A stretch of DNA of 64,000 nucleotides from Chrysomallon squamiferum (taxonomy: Eukaryota > Animalia > Mollusca), in contig CM022677.1 of assembly GCA_012295275.1 (NCBI GenBank), positions 7,750,001 through 7,814,000 of the forward strand, in the 5' to 3' direction. Below the pieces are notes generated by a model. The model saw only the letters and a program-made list of their open reading frames with translations. It was not told the origin of the DNA and ran no database searches. Of the stretch, positions 54,820-64,000 are shown piece after piece. Position numbers and translations under genes: made by a program. How positions within the stretch are numbered: the first letter of the stretch is position 1; each line of letters starts with the position of its first letter.

Positions 54820-55719
54820 CCAAAAGTCTTTGAGAGTTTTGTGTTGATCCCAAAATAAATTTTCCTTTTTTGTTATTAAATATTTTCTCTTCAGGGTTTT
54901 GTCTGTGTCAGTGTTTGTCAGTGATTTATATTGGTTTCTTATTTATCACCTTTTGATTCTGGTCAACTTTTTTCATTTTTTAAAATCAAATTTGGCCTTC
55001 TTGCCTGTTGTGTTTTGTAAATCCCAATTTTCATTTCTGAATCATCAGTTAGTGATTTTTATGTTACCCATATTGTTGCATTTTTAGAGGTGGGTTTATT
55101 GTTATTTTTCCTTGTTCTGAAAGTTTAATGTGTTTAGTTGTGTGTATAATTGGATGTTACACACACACCTTGCTTGCATTCAGAGAAATAATACATAAAT
55201 CAGTTTGAACACATCTGGTTGATAATTTGATGCAGCAGCAGCAGCAGCAGATGTGTTCCTTGCCATATGTGAAAATTGTACATAAACTAATATAATATCA
55301 ACTGTATGAACAGAAATAAGACAGTGTTTTCAGAATGCAGTTTGGTACTTTATTTATCTGTTTATTTATTTATTTATTTTATCCTGTCAACTTTCCTTGT
55401 TGTTGTGTAAAGTCAGGAAATAAAATAATTTATTGTGGCATTTGATAGGATATGAACTTTTAATATCAGATATATTATTTCTTTTTGTATTTTATTAATA
55501 TATGTTTTAAACATGGTTTTAAATATATTATATTATTATTGTCGACCCTGTCAGAGACTGTTTCTTTCATTCAGTGCATCATATCTAGAATATTAGTTTC
55601 TGTGGTATGTGCTACCCTGTAGTAACTACATCTGTTCATCCAGTGTATGATGTGTAGTATATTAGAGACTGTGGTATGTGCTACCCTGTCAAAGAGTCTG
55701 TACAAGCCAGTGAATTGTG

Positions 55720-58460
<2,741 letters not shown>

Positions 58461-59568
58461 ATGTAGTTATTATCAGCCTCAAAACAATTGTTAATGAATA
58501 ACGATACATTATTATGTGTATATGTGTGTGTGTGTTGTGCATATATGAATGTATGTATACATAATATAATGTTGATTAAAAATTATGCTGATAATTAGAC
58601 ATATTACATTTCTAAGTTGTCTTAGAAAGCTTCTTAAATAAGACCTAGAGTTCTCTCTTAAAACAAATAATATACTATTTGAAGTACTAGAAGAATTATT
58701 GTACTACTTTTTCACATTAAACTGATTATGATCATGATATATATACATATATATTGGCTTAAAACCGACTCCGTGTATGACTGTGCGTGAGTGTGTGTGT
58801 GTGTGAAAACATTGACGGTAGTTACAAATATCTGTGGGAATTATAGGCCTAACGCTCGGTTTGATCTTTTCTCAAGATAGATCTGAGACTAGTCGACATA
58901 TTCATATTTCCCTCCGATCTTTCTACGTCACGGGAAATCTTTAATTGAAAATAGTTTCGACATTTTTACATTGAGGTCAATGGCTGAAAAGCGCAATAAA
59001 CTCGTATTTTCACATTAGATTTATAAATAAATCTTTATGTAAATGTAAAACCAGGTTTTTGCTTTGAACTAGATCATAAGTTACAACCATTCATATTATA
59101 TAAACTAAGAGGGAAGGGTGAGGGGACTTGAGCCTTGAGGAGGGGGCGGTAAAATGTCTTTAGCCTATGTCTTTAGCCTATGTTATAAGAGAAATAAACT
59201 TTAAATGTAGTGCCATTATGAATTGTTTGATGGGATTATTTGTTGTTTTAACGCATATATGCGATATCTTACACAGACTACACAGTTTAAAATGCAATGC
59301 AGATAAAACAAAGGAAAATGATTATTTATTTCCAATCTCTCTGAGTTGCCATACTTGTAAATTTTTATTTTATTTTAATTTATTCTTCTTTTTTTTTCAG
59401 ACAATGTTTTCAGACCTATATAAAACCTTGGTAAATTCCTGGACAATAATTAGCAACTTATTGTAGTGTGAGTTCTAAGCTTTGTGATTTTATTTGGTGC
59501 ATTAACATAAATTAAGAAGAACAAAGAAAAAATAGGGTGAAAACAAAAACAACAACACCGTTTATTTG

Positions 59569-59965
59569 AAAAAAGAACCATATCGATTTATAATTAGTAC
59601 GTATATGTTAATAAAGGTTTATGTTCCTTTATTTATTTTATTTGTTTTAAATTTTTTTTTTTTTTTTTTTTTTTTTTAGTATAGTAGTTGCCGAAAAATG
59701 CGGGATGATTGCCGGTGTTTACGGATTTACGATTGGCTAATAATGAGAGAGTGAAAAAAAAAAAAAAAAAAACGTAAAATAATAAAAAATAAATATAATA
59801 AAAAAAAGAACAATATCGATTTATAATTAGTACGTATATTTGATAAAGGTTATTTTGTTCCTTTATTTATTTCATTTGATTTGAACTTTTTTTTTTTTTT
59901 TTTTTTTTTTTTCACTGTATTAGTTTCGGAAAAATGCGGGATGATTGCCGTTCTTTACGGATTTA
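59569..59965 (+). repeat. ~232-bp-period tandem duplication
   Basis: ATATCGATTTATAATTAGTACGTATAT...poly-T...AAAAATGCGGGATGATTGCCG...TTTACGGATTTAC occurs twice. Confidence 0.9.
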
Positions 59966-60623
59966 CTTTTGTATTTGACGTTTGAAGAATTTTATTCAGA
60001 ATTGATGTAATCGCATTATCAACCAACAAAGAAGTTGCTTAAAACATTTCAGGAGACAGGTATTACTATTTATTATTATTGTTGTTAAAGTGTTTGGATT
60101 TTTTGGTTTTATTTAATTATGATTTAAAAGTCATACCACATGATGGCAGCCATCTTATTCGGGAACAATAATTATTTATTTATTTATTTATTATATATTT
60201 TTTTCAAATAACGACTCTCGATTATAAATAAAATTCACCAGTACTAATGTGAACAGCATAAACAACATCATATAAACAAGAAATCACGACTAATAAAACA
60301 ATTTAAAAAAATATGCCAATTTTCTTTGACAGGTTGTTTTCTGCCAGGTTATTTATGATTTAGTATTTTTAAAGATTTATGTTAAAATTGCTGACTTGCT
60401 CTATATATTATTAAACATATTTAAATTATTTTTTAACCATATTAAAGGTTATAATAGGTTGGGCCCTAAATGCTTTCATATTATGAAAGCTAAATAACTG
60501 TATAACTCTGTTAACATTAAAAACTAATAAATTTGAATAAATATTTAAAAAAAATATGACCAGGTTATTTTGATATGCAGATACAGTAAAATATTAATAA
60601 AATTATTTGTTATAATAAATATT

Positions 60624-60666
<43 letters not shown>

Positions 60667-60889
60667 CATAATTCATAACCATAAACACAAAAGATATTAA
60701 TACACTGTACAATCTCCATGCACAAAACATTACTAAAATTATTGTTTTTTGAAGCAGGTGTCTTATGCAGATAATATGACTAATACTAAGACATCCAAAA
60801 CTATTTACCTCTGTATCAATGGATAATGTACCTGGCTGACATTATTTGTTTCATCAAACATATATGTATTACAACATGTTAAATTCATT

Positions 60890-63069
60890 CAGTATAAACC
60901 TATGAATGTACAAGGTCTGAGTTCTGTCGAGTAGTGGCAAAGCCGACCTAAAAGCACACACAAAGAAATGAAGCATATTGACATTCAGAATGCCAGGCAG
61001 CACACTCCTCACATTCCACATTGACACAGGCAGTGGAAGAAAGTGATATGGACATTGACATTCATGTTCGGCAGGAAACTGCTGCAATTCCATATGGTGC
61101 TCCCCAAAACTGTGGCAGTGCTAAGTCAGTTTCAAATCTTGTGCTGCCAAGGCCTGCACCTTTGGTCAGTGTAACTGATTGGAAAGCTCACCTGGAGGCC
61201 TTTACGTTATCATTTACTCAGAATTCCCTGCCACTGAGCATGGTCCCCAAAATGATAAAATATGCTAAAGAAATTGCTAGAGGTAAAAAGGCAATGGATG
61301 CCCTATCATGCAAGTGTGAAGGACTTGGTACTTTGTCTCACAATAGCCTACTGAATGACTTTAAACAAAGTTTCTTTTCGATGAACATGGACAACAACAA
61401 AACAGTGCTCTCTACATTAGTTAGCTACTTCTCTGAGTCACAGCAAGAGGCTGTAGTCGAACACTTCGAGTCTGAAGACATGACAGTTGTGAATGCCCAG
61501 AAACTTCTGGATTTTGTCTTGAAAACTTTTGAGAGGTACCAAATTCCACTAACAAACCTAATATCCAATTTGTCAGATTCTACAAATTATATGAGAGGAA
61601 AACATGCCGGAATTGAAACCCTGTTGAGAGAAAAGGTTCCCGATCTGTGTGACATTGATGGTGATATCTGTCACCACATACACAACAGTGTTCAGAAATT
61701 CTGTGTTCATCTTGGGCATGTAGTTGAATGACTTGCACATGGATTTTAAGTGGAGCCCAGATATACGTGAGTCATTCCAAGAGGTATGCTTCATTCTTGG
61801 AATAAGCTACACAATGCTTGCCGAATAAGTTGCACATCAGTGGCTATGTGTATATGACAAAGAACTTGCCAATGCTGAATGCATTCCGACTTATCTATTT
61901 TGACTGAGTACCTACCAGTGGTGGTCTGAAACTTTCTTACACCCCAGTTATTGCAAAACTCCTTTCAAAAGTCTCCATGAAAGGATCTATTGCATCATAA
62001 ACAATATGAAGCAGAAGAACCTGAAACAGGTTGGAAAAAGCCACAAGGAGAGGATTGTGACCAGGGTTCTCTATAAATATGAACAAACAATGTTGAACTT
62101 AAATTTATGCTCAGCCTTACTGCCCATGTTCAAATCTATGATCCTCGTGTTTGAACTAAAGCAGCCGATGATATATAGGTTACCTAATGAGATGGTTCAC
62201 CTCTTCCATCACTTCTTAGCATGTTTCCTGAAGCACGAGGTCCTCAGAGATACTCATTTCAAACAGTTGAAGAGAATTGATGCAGAAGATGAGCCAAATC
62301 ACCTCCCCATCCAGTCCATATTCATTGGATCAGCCACACAGTTCATTGTTGATGCAGTGAAGAAGAAACCTATCCAAAGAAAGGAGGCTGTTGAATTCAT
62401 GGAAACAGAGAAGAATGCACTTACAGTCTCCTCTAAATACATGCAGCAGAAGCTCCCCTTGGAGAATGTATTGCTTCTGTGATCTAAAATGCAGGGACAA
62501 TCCATGGCATGTGGTGCATTGAAAAAATTGAAGGACTTCATGTGTTACAAATAGAAGAGCATGACACTTATCTGTTGGAGGCATCTCATTTGCAAATAGA
62601 TCAAGACCTACCACCAGCAGAAGTTGATGGAAAGCCTGTTCAGTTAGACCATTGGTGGGTTATAATGCTTGGGAGGTATCCCATATTGGCTAAAGTAGTC
62701 AAGGCATGTCTAAGCATTTTTACAGGACCCCATATTGAACAATCGTTCAGTCAGATGAATGACATTGTCAAAAAGAAGTCAAACCCTTTTAGAAATGGCC
62801 AGCTACTCTGCAATGCAGAGGGTCTGATATGATCTTTCTGCCAGGCATACCAGCTCCATCCAGGCATTCCATTGCGATGACATTCTCAGAACTCCTGCAT
62901 GGTTTACACTAAAACTGCTGTTGCTAGGTACAAGAAAAAACAAGCTAAGCTGGAGATTGAACAAAAAGCCAAAAGGCTCAAGTTGAACCACAAGGCAAAA
63001 CAAGTGAACAGAAGTGTAGGTGGTAAAACAACCTTGGTGCACAGAGCTGCTAAACAACTCAAAAACTGA
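60890..63069 (+). mobile_element. Decayed hAT-superfamily transposase
   Basis: SSGKADLKAH zinc-finger end; FFSMNMD; LSDSTNYMRGKHAGIETLL; DICHHIHN (CxxH); hATC dimerisation LDHWW...YPILAKVVKACLSIFTGPHIEQSFSQM. Split by stops and frameshifts into ORFs 61021, 62006 and 62509. TIRs not located. Confidence 0.88.
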
Positions 63070-63155
63070 TTTAAAAAATAAAAAATCAACCCACCAGCGA
63101 CATCTTAGTGGTTTCCTAAGTTTTATAAAAATATTTTCCTGATTTGTTTTGTTAG

Positions 63156-63359
63156 ACTGTTCTCATCTATGCCAGTGCATCATGAAATGCAGAGACCCTG
63201 CATCAGCAACACACAAATCCAGGCCATTTTCCAGAGAAGAGATACAAGAGAGTAACGAAACATCATCCAAGCAACGGTCTGGTGTCAGGTAATGTCAGGC
63301 CTGTGTTAGAATGTTTTCAGAAACCTCTCAACAGTGGCAGGGTATGTTTTTGGATGGTT

Positions 63360-63390
<31 letters not shown>

Positions 63391-64000
63391 AATATTGCAT
63401 GAATGATAATATTGCCAAAAAATACCATTTATCATAAAAAAAAGATAATAAAGTATCATGTTCATGTTGGAATTACCAAAAGCTTTGATTACCATTGATG
63501 TTAAATATTTTATGTAGGTCATGGCAGTATTGTTCAGTTGCTGTCTAGAAAGGGAATTTACGTTTATGGAGAAGGATGAATCAGCTGTACAGACACTGCA
63601 GACTGCACAATTCCAAGTTGTAAGTTTTTATCTTAGTTTTATTTCTCAGCAAGTAAAATAAGTTTTATAGTAACATCTCTTTAGTGATTGTAAAATAATA
63701 GCATAATGATAATCATTTATTTTCTATTGTTTTGTTAATTATTTAAATTATTAATATTACCATCATTATCATTATAATGATTATACAAAATATATCAAAA
63801 ATATCCCACACCTGTTTTTGTCTGAATAATCCTGTAACTGGTACCACTAAAATTTAAATTTTAATAATAACAGAAACATTAGTTATTTATTTATAACATT
63901 TATTATTTTTATTATTTTTTTTGTTTTTTTTTTTCAGAATGCTCATACAGCTCTGATTGATGTGGTGATGTTGGCTAGTGAAGTTGTTTCAGTAGAAGGT
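63156..64000 (+). other. Three exon-like segments of an unidentified gene (~63156-63288, ~63518-63619, 63938-end)
   Basis: AG/GTAA boundaries, higher GC and short open frames (VMAVLFSCCLEREFTFMEKDESAVQTLQTAQFQV; NAHTALIDVVMLASEVVSVEG). No recognised domain. Confidence 0.35.

Overview
This is AT-rich, microsatellite-dense metazoan DNA with GT-AG introns. It is probably molluscan or lophotrochozoan (inference), and it has two 200-N gaps at 15005-15204 and 53643-53842. Only two long, clean reading frames are present, both intronless. (1) A secreted protein gene at 12488-14353, with a CBM6/35-like N-terminal domain and an uncharacterised C-terminal domain. The ORF track splits it in two, but it is one 621-codon frame broken by a single in-frame TAA. 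(2) A divergent prolyl 4-hydroxylase alpha gene at 50356-51840. The rest is decayed material I read by hand translation: a Mind bomb-like E3 ligase pseudogene, three partial copies (+,-,+) of an apparent F-box/LRR/RRM gene, TSP1 exon remnants, three MULE transposase remnants (one with TIRs and TSD), a hAT transposase remnant, a hAT MITE, an intron-containing Sola-like transposase remnant, inverted duplications and several minisatellites. No RNA genes or CRISPR arrays are supported. All family assignments come from motif recognition, not database searches.
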